Below, piece after piece: positions 8,761 through 17,941 of a stretch of 44,134 nt of DNA. Source of the stretch: an uncultured Gammaproteobacteria bacterium. GTDB taxonomy: Bacteria; Pseudomonadota; Gammaproteobacteria; CAWJPQ01. The notes below the pieces were generated by a model. It worked only from the letters and a program-made list of their open reading frames with translations, searched no databases and had not been told where the DNA came from. The stretch lies in assembly GCA_964463055.1 (NCBI GenBank), contig CAYXAX010000003.1, positions 1-44,134 on the forward strand, given 5' to 3'. A program made the position numbers and the translations under genes. The first letter of the stretch is position 1. Every line of letters starts with the position of its first letter.

Positions 8761-9630
8761 ATGAAAAACATGCTCAGCATTATCATTCCGGCTAAAAACG
8801 AGGAAAACGGATTGCGACTCATTCTGCCGGAACTGCGCAGTCGCTTCCCTGAAGCCGAGATCATCGTGGTGGACGATGGCTCTACCGACAATACGGCCGT
8901 AGTATGCCGTGAACTTGGCGCGCAGGTCGTGTCGCACCCCTACAGCATGGGCAACGGCGCGGCCATCAAGAGCGGCGCCCGGGCAGCAGGCGGTGATATA
9001 TTCGTCTTTATGGATGCAGACGGCCAGCACAAGCCCGAGGATATCGAGAAATTGCTGGAGAAGCTGGACCATGGATTTGATATGGCGGTCGGGGCGCGCA
9101 GTGACGGCTCCCAGGCCAGCCTGGGACGGCTCTACGCCAATAATCTGTACAACCGCCTGGCCACCTGGATGACCGGACACAAGATCGCCGACCTCACGTC
9201 AGGCTTTCGCGCGGTAATCGCGCCCAAGTTCCGAAACTTTCTATACCTCCTGCCCAACGGATTTTCATACCCCACCACCATCACCATGGCGTTTTTTCGC
9301 GCCGGCTATGGGGTTTCCTATATACCCATCGTGGCCAATCCGCGCATCGGCAAAAGTCACATCGACCCGCTGCGCGATGGTGTGCGTTTTTTACTGATTA
9401 TCTTCCGTGTCGGGACCCTGTATTCACCATTGAAGCTGTTTCTACCCATCAGCCTGGCGTTTTTTGGCATAGGGCTTGCTTATTACATATACACCTATAC
9501 CACCATGGGCCGCTTTACCAACATGAGCGCGTTGCTGTTCATTACCTCGGTGCTCGTGTTTCTGATCGGGTTGATATCGGAGCAGATCACCATGCTGATT
9601 TATCAGCGTACCCATAAGGATTCGTCCTGA
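8761..9630 (+). CDS. GT2 glycosyltransferase of the DPM1/GtrB/ArnC type (probable polyprenol-phosphate sugar synthase)
   Basis: Motifs IIIPAKNEE, VVDDGSTDNT and FMDADGQH, plus two C-terminal TM helices (LFLPISLAFFGIGLAYYIY and ALLFITSVLVFLIGLI) typical of this subgroup. Confidence 0.75.
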   Translation: MKNMLSIIIPAKNEENGLRLILPELRSRFPEAEIIVVDDGSTDNTAVVCRELGAQVVSHPYSMGNGAAIKSGARAAGGDIFVFMDADGQHKPEDIEKLLEKLDHGFDMAVGARSDGSQASLGRLYANNLYNRLATWMTGHKIADLTSGFRAVIAPKFRNFLYLLPNGFSYPTTITMAFFRAGYGVSYIPIVANPRIGKSHIDPLRDGVRFLLIIFRVGTLYSPLKLFLPISLAFFGIGLAYYIYTYTTMGRFTNMSALLFITSVLVFLIGLISEQITMLIYQRTHKDSS

Positions 9631-9723
9631 CGCGTACTTTACTCGGTGCGCATAGGCGGCACAGCCAGTTGAATCAATGTCCGGTAACATACCGGCAGCA
9701 CGACATGGAGGTAGGATCGCAAA

Positions 9724-10491
9724 ATGAAAGTGGTTATTCTCGCAGGCGGATACGGCACACGCCTTTCGGAGGAGACCAGCCTCATTCCCAAGCCGATGAT
9801 TGAAATCGGCGGTCGGCCGCTGCTCTGGCACCTGATGAAGATCTTCTCCACCCAGGGCTATAACGAATTCATCGTGGCGTTGGGCTACAAGGGCAATGTC
9901 ATCAAACAATACTTTTTGAATTTCCCCCAGATCGAGGCCGACCTGACTATCGACTTGGCCAACGGCACGGCGCGCAAGATCAAAAAGAGCGAGGTGGAAT
10001 GGAAGATTGATCTCATCGATACCGGTACTGATACAATGACCGGCGGCCGGCTCAAGCGGCTGGGCGAGCGTATCGACGGCACCACCCTGTTTACCTACGG
10101 CGATGGTCTGTCCAACATCGACGTCAATGACCTGGTAGCATTTCACCGCTCACACGGTAAGCTGGCCACCGTTACCGCGGTCCCGCCGACACCGCGTTTC
10201 GGACTGCTGCAGCTGAAGGACAGCCAGGTCACCGCGTTCAATGAAAAGCGCAACAACGCCACTGACTGGATCAACGGCGGCTACTTCGTGGTGGAACCCG
10301 GCGTCATGGATTACATTGACGGCGATGACACTTCGTGGGAGCGCACCCCGTGCGAGCGGCTGGCGCGGGACGGGCAGCTGATGGCCTACAAACACCACGG
10401 CTACTGGCAATGCGTGGATACCCTGCACGAGCTGCGCTTGCTGCGCGACGCCTGGAACGGCGGTCAGGCCCACTGGAAAATATGGCCGTAA
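9724..10491 (+). CDS. rfbF: Glucose-1-phosphate cytidylyltransferase
   Basis: MKVVILAGGYGTRLSEETSLIPKPMIEIGGRPLLWHLMK... is the characteristic RfbF N-terminus. Length is 255 aa and GGAGG lies upstream. Confidence 0.85.
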   Translation: MKVVILAGGYGTRLSEETSLIPKPMIEIGGRPLLWHLMKIFSTQGYNEFIVALGYKGNVIKQYFLNFPQIEADLTIDLANGTARKIKKSEVEWKIDLIDTGTDTMTGGRLKRLGERIDGTTLFTYGDGLSNIDVNDLVAFHRSHGKLATVTAVPPTPRFGLLQLKDSQVTAFNEKRNNATDWINGGYFVVEPGVMDYIDGDDTSWERTPCERLARDGQLMAYKHHGYWQCVDTLHELRLLRDAWNGGQAHWKIWP

Positions 10492-11768
10492 CGCACGCAC
10501 CCCGCTGCACTGACGATCATCAGGATTTGCAGACCGTGACCACACCGTGCCGATTCTGTGATGCCCCGCTGGGCCGGACCTTTGTCGACCTGGGCGCGTC
10601 ACCTCTGGCCAACGCCTATCTGAAGCCCGCCCAGCTGCAGCGCATGGAGCCGTTTTACCCCCTGCATGTCCTGGTCTGTGAATCGTGTCTCCTGACGCAA
10701 CTGCCGATGCTCGAGCGCCCCGAGGATATATTCAGCGATTACGCCTACTTTTCCTCCTTCTCCGAGAGCTGGCTGCGCCACGCGGCGTCGTTCGCCAATG
10801 ACGCCAGGCAGCGCTTCCAGCTGGACAGGCGGTCCATGGTCATCGAGATCGCCAGCAACGACGGTTACCTGCTGCAGAATTTTACCGCCGCGGGCATCCC
10901 GGTACTCGGCATTGAGCCGGCCGCCAATATCGCCCGTACAGCGATGGACAAGGGAATCCCCACTCAGATCGCGTTTTTCAACAGCGAACTGGCCGATGCC
11001 CTGGCGGCGCAGGGCAAGCAGGCGGACATGATCATCGCCAACAACGTCATCGCCCATGTGCCCGAACTCAACGACTTCGTGGACGGGTTGAGGCGCATCC
11101 TGAAACCCGGCGGGGTGATATCCCTGGAGTTTCCCCATCTAATGGAACTGATCCGCGACACGCAGTTCGATACCATTTATCATGAACATTTTTCATATTT
11201 TTCCTTTCTCACCATGAAAAAGATCCTTGGCGCGCACGGCCTGAGCGTCTTCGACGTGGAGCAGCTGCCCACCCATGGCGGGTCCTTGCGTGTTTACGCC
11301 AAGCATAGTGACAATGACCGCCCGCAGATCAGTGAACGTGTTGATGAACTGCTAAGACTGGAAAAGGTGTTCGGCATGCACTCACTGACCACCTATACGA
11401 ACTTCACCGCCAGTGTCCAGGCAGTCAAGCGCTCGCTGCTGCGCTTTCTCATCGACGCCAAAGACAGGGGCGCCGTGGTGGCAGGGTACGGGGCCCCGGC
11501 CAAGGGCAATACCCTGTTGAACTACTGTGGGGTAAGGAGCGACCTTCTCGACTATACAGTCGACCTCAGCCCCCATAAACAAGGCCTGTTCCTCCCCGGT
11601 GTGCATATCCCCATCCACGCGCCTGAAAAGATCCGCGAGACACAACCCGACTATGTCCTGATCCTGCCGTGGAACCTGCGAGATGAGATCATGGAGCAGT
11701 TGGCATATATTCGTGAGTGGGGCGGAAAATTCGTGGTGCCTGTTCCCGAGGCGGCGGTGCTTGCATGA
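10482..11768 (+). CDS. NDP-hexose C-methyltransferase family protein (TylC3/EvaC-like architecture)
   Basis: N-terminal zinc-ribbon CRFC...CESC, a SAM-MT core (VIEIASNDGYLL) and a C-terminal C-methyltransferase-type domain (TIYHEHFSYFS...GGSLRVY). The ATG at 10482 overlaps the rfbF stop by 10 nt. The ORF-track start at 10335 lies inside rfbF. Confidence 0.7.
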   Translation: MAVTHAPRCTDDHQDLQTVTTPCRFCDAPLGRTFVDLGASPLANAYLKPAQLQRMEPFYPLHVLVCESCLLTQLPMLERPEDIFSDYAYFSSFSESWLRHAASFANDARQRFQLDRRSMVIEIASNDGYLLQNFTAAGIPVLGIEPAANIARTAMDKGIPTQIAFFNSELADALAAQGKQADMIIANNVIAHVPELNDFVDGLRRILKPGGVISLEFPHLMELIRDTQFDTIYHEHFSYFSFLTMKKILGAHGLSVFDVEQLPTHGGSLRVYAKHSDNDRPQISERVDELLRLEKVFGMHSLTTYTNFTASVQAVKRSLLRFLIDAKDRGAVVAGYGAPAKGNTLLNYCGVRSDLLDYTVDLSPHKQGLFLPGVHIPIHAPEKIRETQPDYVLILPWNLRDEIMEQLAYIREWGGKFVVPVPEAAVLA

Positions 11769-12316
11769 AATTCATCGAGACTGCCCTGAACGGGGTGTTT
11801 ATCATCGAACCCGAACCGGCGGGCGATGAGCGCGGCTTTTTTGCACGCACATGGTGCCGCGAAGAATTCCAGCGATACCAGCTCAATACCACCATCGCCC
11901 AATGCAGCCTGTCCTTCAATAAGAAAAAAGGCACGCTGAGGGGCATGCACTATCAAGTCGAACCGTTCCGGGAAACCAAGGTGATCAGGTGCACCCGCGG
12001 CGCCATCTATGATGTGGCTGTGGACCTGCGGCGGGACTCACCCTCTTTTGGCCAATGGGTTGGCATGGAATTGACCGCGGGCAATCACAAGATGGTCTAT
12101 ATCCCCGAAGGCCTGGCCCATGGCTTTATATCCCTGGAAGACAACACGGAGGTCCACTACCAGATTTCCCAGGTGTACAGTGCGCAGCACGCATGCGGCG
12201 TACGCTGGGACGACCCGATGTTCGACATCAAGTGGCCGCCGGGTGAAAAGATACTCTCCGAACGAGATCGGAACTGGCCCCTGTTCCACGCAGACACCCC
12301 GGGAAACTCGCCATGA
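11765..12316 (+). CDS. NDP-4-keto-6-deoxyhexose 3,5-epimerase (RmlC/cupin family)
   Basis: MKFIETALNGVFIIEPEPAGDERGFFARTW...LRGMHYQ...YIPEGLAHGF are RmlC hallmarks. It overlaps the upstream gene by ATGA. Confidence 0.8.
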   Translation: MKFIETALNGVFIIEPEPAGDERGFFARTWCREEFQRYQLNTTIAQCSLSFNKKKGTLRGMHYQVEPFRETKVIRCTRGAIYDVAVDLRRDSPSFGQWVGMELTAGNHKMVYIPEGLAHGFISLEDNTEVHYQISQVYSAQHACGVRWDDPMFDIKWPPGEKILSERDRNWPLFHADTPGNSP

Positions 12317-12430
12317 CCCCACCACGGCGCGCATCCCATGACGGCACCTTACACTCCAGCCGTTGCGCCGGCATGCGGCATGGCAGCGGTCATTGGTATC
12401 GGATTCGATCGACCGCCTCACGGTACGCAA

Positions 12431-13315
12431 ATGCACGCTAGGCGCATCTTACTCATCGGCGGAACCGGACAGCTGGGCGCCGAAATCCGCCGTGACGCGG
12501 ACACCTTCGGATTCGACGTCCACTCGCCTGACAGCAAGTCCCTGGACATCACCGATGACGACTCCCTGAAAACGGCCATCGCCGAATTCAAACCGGCCGC
12601 GGTCATCAACACCGCCGCGTATCACGTGGTGCCGGACTGTGAGCGGGAGCCGCTGCGCGCCATGGCGGTCAATTGCCAGGCGGTCAACCGCTTGGCCTTG
12701 GTGTGCAAGGCGGCGGGCGCCGCATTCGTCACCTACAGTACGGATTACGTATTCGACGGCGCCAAAGGGACTCCGTACGTTGAGAACGACCCCCCCAATC
12801 CACTGCAGTTCTATGGCATTTCCAAACTGGCGGGGGAGTTCGCCGCACTGAATTACTATGGCGACAAAACCATCGTTATTCGCACCAGCTTCCTGTACGG
12901 CGGCAAAGCGGGCAGTTCACAGAAAAAGGGAAACTTTGTACTCAATATCCTGCGGCAGGCACAGCACACGGCGACAATCGAGGTCAGTTCGGATCAGACT
13001 GTCAGCCCGACGTTCGCCGGCGACCTGAGCAAGGCGACACTGGAGCTGCTGCGCGGCGGCACGGTGTGTGGCATTTACCACCTGGCCAATGAAGGCTTCT
13101 GCCGCCTCAGTGACTTCGCCGCAACGATTCTTACCCTCGCCGGCAGTGACACCGTGGTAATACCTGTTGACAGGAGCCAGTCCGTACACAGCGTGCGCAG
13201 GCCGGCATTCACAGCCCTGCACAACACTCGCGCCAAGTCCCACGGCGTTGAACTCCCGCCGTGGTCAACGGCCCTCGCGGCATACATCCGTTCTCTCGGC
13301 GATTCGCCGGCATAG
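12431..13315 (+). CDS. RmlD-type NDP-4-dehydro-6-deoxyhexose reductase (SDR)
   Basis: Motifs RILLIGGTGQLG, STDYVFDG and YGISKLAGE. Start chosen at MHARRILL; the ORF-track start at 12338 adds a non-homologous extension. Confidence 0.75.
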   Translation: MHARRILLIGGTGQLGAEIRRDADTFGFDVHSPDSKSLDITDDDSLKTAIAEFKPAAVINTAAYHVVPDCEREPLRAMAVNCQAVNRLALVCKAAGAAFVTYSTDYVFDGAKGTPYVENDPPNPLQFYGISKLAGEFAALNYYGDKTIVIRTSFLYGGKAGSSQKKGNFVLNILRQAQHTATIEVSSDQTVSPTFAGDLSKATLELLRGGTVCGIYHLANEGFCRLSDFAATILTLAGSDTVVIPVDRSQSVHSVRRPAFTALHNTRAKSHGVELPPWSTALAAYIRSLGDSPA

Positions 13316-13332
13316 TTTATGGAGATGACAGC

Positions 13333-14067
13333 ATGAGCAGCAATGAGTTTGAAAGCCGGAACAATACCATGATTGAGGCCATGGGAAAGGACCTGGAACT
13401 CAAATCAAAAACCAATCAATGGGTCGAGCACTGTTCTCGCTACGAGTATTCCTACCACTTTAAATGGATGGGCAGGCCGGTTATACAATTTCCTCAGGAC
13501 CTGATTGCCCTGCAGGAAATAATCTGGGACACGAAACCGGATCTGATCGTCGAGACCGGGGTCGCCCATGGGGGCTCTCTCATTTTTTATGCGTCGCTGC
13601 TGGAACTGATCGGCGGCGATGGCCGTGTGGTCGGTATCGATGTGGATATACGCGACCATAACCGCCGAGAAATAGAACAGCACCCCATGCACAAACGCAT
13701 CACCCTGCTGCAAGGATCATCCACGGATGAACATATCCTTCAGCAAGTGCACGATATCGCCTCCGGGTGTCAGCGGGTGCTGGTGGTGCTGGACTCCAAT
13801 CACACCCATGCCCATGTACTGCGGGAACTTCAGGTGTATTCGCCACTGGTCAAGGCGGGTGGTTATCTGGTGGTGCTGGATACCTTTGTTGAGGACATGC
13901 CGGAGGGTTTCGTGGTCGACCGGCCATGGGGGCGGGGTGACAATCCCAAGACCGCAGTGTGGGAGTTCCTGAAGACCACCAACCGCTTCGTCATTGATCA
14001 GCGCATCCAGAATAAACTACTCATCACGGTGGCCCCCGACGGCTACCTGAAATGCCTCAAGGATTAA
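13333..14067 (+). CDS. CmcI / cephalosporin-hydroxylase-family SAM methyltransferase (sugar O-methyltransferase-like)
   Basis: Motifs WMGRPVIQFPQDLIALQEIIW...PDLIVETGVAHGGSL and VLDSNHTHAHV. GGAG lies upstream of the ATG at 13333. Confidence 0.7.
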   Translation: MSSNEFESRNNTMIEAMGKDLELKSKTNQWVEHCSRYEYSYHFKWMGRPVIQFPQDLIALQEIIWDTKPDLIVETGVAHGGSLIFYASLLELIGGDGRVVGIDVDIRDHNRREIEQHPMHKRITLLQGSSTDEHILQQVHDIASGCQRVLVVLDSNHTHAHVLRELQVYSPLVKAGGYLVVLDTFVEDMPEGFVVDRPWGRGDNPKTAVWEFLKTTNRFVIDQRIQNKLLITVAPDGYLKCLKD

Positions 14068-14108
14068 ACCGCAACGGCACATGTGACTGAGACGCCTTCC
14101 GCGCAGTG

Positions 14109-15029
14109 TCAGCGCAGGCGCGACAGCACCCACACGACGGCGTCCGCCGCCAGGATCACCAGCCTGAACCCGGCCATCAGCGCGGCCATCCCGCCCAGCG
14201 AGAGGGGCGCATTCAGCAGCTTCCCGGCGACCACCTCGAAGACACCTATGCCCTGGGGAGCGAAGATCGCCACGTAGCCCACCCCCCATGAAAACAGGTA
14301 GGTGGCCCCCACCTCGATCAGCGATGCCGCCGCCAGTACCGCGGGAAACGCTGCCAGGTAACAGATGAACGTTGCGGCGGCAACGACCCAATACACGGTC
14401 AGAATCGCGGCGGCCTGATAATAACTCCCCAGCGGAAACCCGTTCGGCGTCTTGAGCAGGCGTGCGTTGATAAACGCGGGCATCATGATCAACCCCAGCA
14501 ACGCGACGCCGGCACAGGCGAGCCCTAGACCGCCCCAGCCTTGCACGCCGCGCACGGCCGCCAGGCCCATGCCACCCAAAATAAAAGTGATGACGGGAGG
14601 AAAAACGGTCTCCAGAAACACCAGCGTGGCAAGGTGGCGCGGCTGAATGCCGTGTTGGTGGTAATCCATGGCGCGGCCCACGGTATGCCAGATACCGCCG
14701 GGCAGATAACGCCCCGGCAGGCGCTGGGCGAATATCCCGAACGCCTTGGCGTAACTGATTTCTGATCCGCAGGCGCGCAGTATCAGGGTCTGCACCAGCG
14801 GCGACAGAAAGTGCAGCGCCACCCATAGTGCGCCCGCAGCCGCCAGGTATCCCAGTCTGGCATGGGTAAGGACTTGTCCAAGGGCATGACGGGCATGCCA
14901 GCCGAAAAACAGCAGGGCGGATACCGCCAGGGGTGTGAACAGGCGCTTTGCCCACAGCAGTGCCACATTCAGCCATCCCGCAGCCCACGGCCACTGTTCC
15001 ATGGGATTATTCATGGGGCCTAGAGGCAA
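14109..15029 (-). CDS. Flippase-like / LPG-synthase-TM (UPF0104) family integral membrane protein
   Basis: 306 aa, hydrophobic throughout with about 8 helices. RLPGRYLPGGIW and FAPQGIGVFE-type motifs recall the UPF0104 family. It starts 20 nt after the upstream GT2 on the same strand. The exact start is uncertain (15029 or 15014). Confidence 0.6.
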   Translation of the reverse strand: MPLGPMNNPMEQWPWAAGWLNVALLWAKRLFTPLAVSALLFFGWHARHALGQVLTHARLGYLAAAGALWVALHFLSPLVQTLILRACGSEISYAKAFGIFAQRLPGRYLPGGIWHTVGRAMDYHQHGIQPRHLATLVFLETVFPPVITFILGGMGLAAVRGVQGWGGLGLACAGVALLGLIMMPAFINARLLKTPNGFPLGSYYQAAAILTVYWVVAAATFICYLAAFPAVLAAASLIEVGATYLFSWGVGYVAIFAPQGIGVFEVVAGKLLNAPLSLGGMAALMAGFRLVILAADAVVWVLSRLR

Positions 15030-15048
15030 CCGGTATCCGGTACCGGGA

Positions 15049-15909
15049 TCATACGGCGTCTCGATGTCGCGATACGAGGTATTTTACCGGCATCGCAGGC
15101 ATCAGTAGGAGCAAGATGAATACCTTCCTCGACACCGGTATGTCGGCCCGCCACAGCAACGCGACCAACTCCACGGGTAGCCGCATCAGCGGGAAGAGGC
15201 GATCGATCATGGAACGGGACAGCCCGAACTCACTGCTGCGGTAGCGCGCCATGCGCTGTTCGTGGGTCTCGATCACACGAAACTGCCGCCGGTACCAATG
15301 TGCTGCCGCGGCATGCACGAAGTGCCCCTGCAGCACCATTTCCAACAGCATGATCAGATCCGTCCCGGCCATGTTGTGAATTTTCTTCACGCGGCGCAGG
15401 GCCGCCATGCGCATGACGCCCAGGATCGGGTGCATGTTGCCCCAGAACACGGTAAAGAAACGCCCCACCGGTTCCATGCCGCGGGTGTCACTCCAGCCAC
15501 TGCTCTTGGCCATGGGGCCGCCGTCGGCGTCGATCCAATGGGAGCAGCCGAATGCGATCACCGCCGCGGCATCTGCCTCCAGCAGCGCCACGCACTCGGA
15601 CACCAGATTGGGCGACCACAGGTCATGGCCGGCGGCCCACATGAAATAATCCCCCGAGGCGGCCGATTTCACATAGTCGAAATTCTCGGTTATACCGCGG
15701 TTGACATCGTAGCGGTGGTATTTGATACGCGGGTCCCGCAGGGCATAGCGCCGGCAGATGGCCTCGGTGTCGTCCGTGGAGCCGTTGTCGGAGATAATGA
15801 TCTCCAGGCACGGGTAGTCCTGGATCAGCAATGCATCCAGTGAAGCCTCCAGATGCGCCCCCTCGTTGTAGACCGGCATGCCGATACTGACCAGCGGTGG
15901 GCCGGTCAT
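15049..15909 (-). CDS. GT2 family glycosyltransferase
   Basis: VSIGMPVYNEGAHLEASLDALLIQDYPCLEIIISDNGSTDDT and the following DxD-type region are classic GT-A family 2. Confidence 0.8.
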   Translation of the reverse strand: MTGPPLVSIGMPVYNEGAHLEASLDALLIQDYPCLEIIISDNGSTDDTEAICRRYALRDPRIKYHRYDVNRGITENFDYVKSAASGDYFMWAAGHDLWSPNLVSECVALLEADAAAVIAFGCSHWIDADGGPMAKSSGWSDTRGMEPVGRFFTVFWGNMHPILGVMRMAALRRVKKIHNMAGTDLIMLLEMVLQGHFVHAAAAHWYRRQFRVIETHEQRMARYRSSEFGLSRSMIDRLFPLMRLPVELVALLWRADIPVSRKVFILLLLMPAMPVKYLVSRHRDAV

Positions 15910-16224
15910 GGGTATAGCCGCTCTTCAGTAAAGCGTCGCTCATCGCACATCTCGAAAGGCATGGGTAATCAATATCCTACATGTAAGGATTAAAACGCGC
16001 TCAAGGATAGCAGTCCGGGGGGGAATGACAAAGAGACCCCACAACGGCCCGCGTGTCCGTCCATTACAATATCTACCATGACGGCCGTTGATTTAGTTTG
16101 CGACGGCCCGCGCCCGGCTCCGTCGATAACCCCATGTATTATCAGGGTGTTAGACAACCTCTAATTTAATATCTGTGATGGCCGATACAGTTTTGGCGGT
16201 TTTATCGGTGACACAATCTCGATC

Positions 16225-17937
16225 ATGGCAGTATCCAGTACTCAGATTCGACTCAGTGGATTGGCGCGCAAGCTCGTCCAGGATGGGCTATTGGCCCAGG
16301 AAATCGCCGAACAGGCCGCAGACCAAGTTGCCAAAGACAAAAGTTCCTTGGTCTGCCACTTGGTTAATAATAAAATCATCGATAGCTACACCCTTGCCAA
16401 TGTGGCTTCACAGGAATTTGGCATGCCCCTGTTTGACATCGCTGCCATGGACATGGAATTGTCTGCCGCACGACTGGTCGATGAGAAGCTGGTGCGGCGC
16501 CACCACGCCCTGCCGCTTTACAAGCGCGGCAACCGCCTGTTCGTGGCGGTCTCAGACCCCAATAATCTGGCCGCGCTGGACGAATTCAAGTTCCACGTGG
16601 GCGCCAATGCCGAGGCCGTCCTCGTCGAGGAAGACAAGCTTACCGCCGCCATCGAGTCGGCATTGCAGGCCCAGGAAACCCCCATGGCCGGGCTGGCCGA
16701 CTCCGATCTGGACGATCTGGACATCAGCGGCGGTGAAGAGGAGCCTAACGCCGATGCCGCTGATTCGGATGTCGACGACACCCCCATTGTCCGCTTCGTC
16801 AATAAAGTCCTGCTGGACGCCATCAACAAAGGCGCCTCTGACATTCATTTCGAGCCCTACGAAAAGATGTACCGCATCCGCTTCCGTCAGGACGGCATTC
16901 TCAGTGACATCGCCAACCCGCCGGTGACCCTGGCCAACAAGATCTCTTCCCGCATCAAGGTCATGTCCCGCCTGGACATCTCCGAACGCCGTGTGCCCCA
17001 GGACGGGCGCATGAAAATGACCATTTCGAAAAACCGCGCCGTGGACTTTCGTATCAACACCTGCCCGACCCTGTTCGGTGAAAAGGTCGTGATGCGTATT
17101 CTGGACCCCACCAGCGCCCAGCTGGGCATCGATGCCCTGGGCTATGAGGAAGAACAGAAGCAGCTGTTCATGGACGCCATTCATCAGCCTTACGGTATGA
17201 TCCTGGTTACCGGCCCCACCGGCAGCGGCAAAACCGTGTCTCTTTATACGGCCCTGAACATCCTGAACACCATCGACCGCAACATCTCCACGGCGGAGGA
17301 CCCGGCCGAAATCAACCTGCCGGGCATCAATCAGGTCAATGTCAATCCCAAGGTGGGACTGACGTTTGCCGCGGCGCTGAAGGCCTTTCTGCGCCAGGAC
17401 CCCGATGTCATCATGGTGGGTGAGATTCGCGACCTTGAGACCGCCGAGATCGCCATCAAGGCGGCACAGACCGGCCACATGGTACTGTCCACCCTGCATA
17501 CCAATGATGCGCCTCAGACCCTGACACGCCTGCTGAACATGGGCATCGCCTCATTCAATATCGCCTCCGCGGTGTCCCTGATTATCGCCCAACGACTGGC
17601 GCGGCGGCTGTGCAATCACTGCAAACAGCCGATTGATATACCGCAGGACGCATTGCTGGAAGCCGGGTTCGGCGAGGGCGAAGTGAAGGACCTGCAGTTA
17701 TACGGCCCCATCGGCTGCGACCAGTGCAACGGCGGATACAAGGGCCGGGTGGGCATCTATCAAGTGATGCCGATCTCCGAAGAGATGGGCAAAATCATCA
17801 TGGCCGGTGGCAACTCGCTGCAAATCGCCGAGCAAGCCGGAAAGGAAGGCATCGCCGACCTGCGCAAATCAGGGCTGCGAAAGGCCAGAAACGGCCTCAC
17901 GTCCCTGGAAGAAATCAACCGAGTGGTAACGGAATAA
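16225..17937 (+). CDS. pilB: Type IV pilus assembly ATPase PilB
   Basis: 570 aa with a GspE/PilB N-terminal domain, Walker A GPTGSGKT, Walker B/Asp box and the tetracysteine CNHC...CDQC. Confidence 0.92.
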   Translation: MAVSSTQIRLSGLARKLVQDGLLAQEIAEQAADQVAKDKSSLVCHLVNNKIIDSYTLANVASQEFGMPLFDIAAMDMELSAARLVDEKLVRRHHALPLYKRGNRLFVAVSDPNNLAALDEFKFHVGANAEAVLVEEDKLTAAIESALQAQETPMAGLADSDLDDLDISGGEEEPNADAADSDVDDTPIVRFVNKVLLDAINKGASDIHFEPYEKMYRIRFRQDGILSDIANPPVTLANKISSRIKVMSRLDISERRVPQDGRMKMTISKNRAVDFRINTCPTLFGEKVVMRILDPTSAQLGIDALGYEEEQKQLFMDAIHQPYGMILVTGPTGSGKTVSLYTALNILNTIDRNISTAEDPAEINLPGINQVNVNPKVGLTFAAALKAFLRQDPDVIMVGEIRDLETAEIAIKAAQTGHMVLSTLHTNDAPQTLTRLLNMGIASFNIASAVSLIIAQRLARRLCNHCKQPIDIPQDALLEAGFGEGEVKDLQLYGPIGCDQCNGGYKGRVGIYQVMPISEEMGKIIMAGGNSLQIAEQAGKEGIADLRKSGLRKARNGLTSLEEINRVVTE

Positions 17938-17941
17938 TCCT

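Noticed and set aside
10335-10481. Upstream extension of the C-methyltransferase ORF
   Set aside because: It is entirely inside rfbF in another frame. Homology-like sequence (zinc ribbon CRFC) begins after the ATG at 10482.
15974-15990. Near-palindrome ATCCTACATGTAAGGAT in the GT2/pilB divergent intergenic region, and the 10-nt direct repeat ACGGCCCGCG (about 16044 and 16104)
   Set aside because: They are short and imperfect, and GC-rich 10-mers recur by chance in this composition. There is no supporting context.
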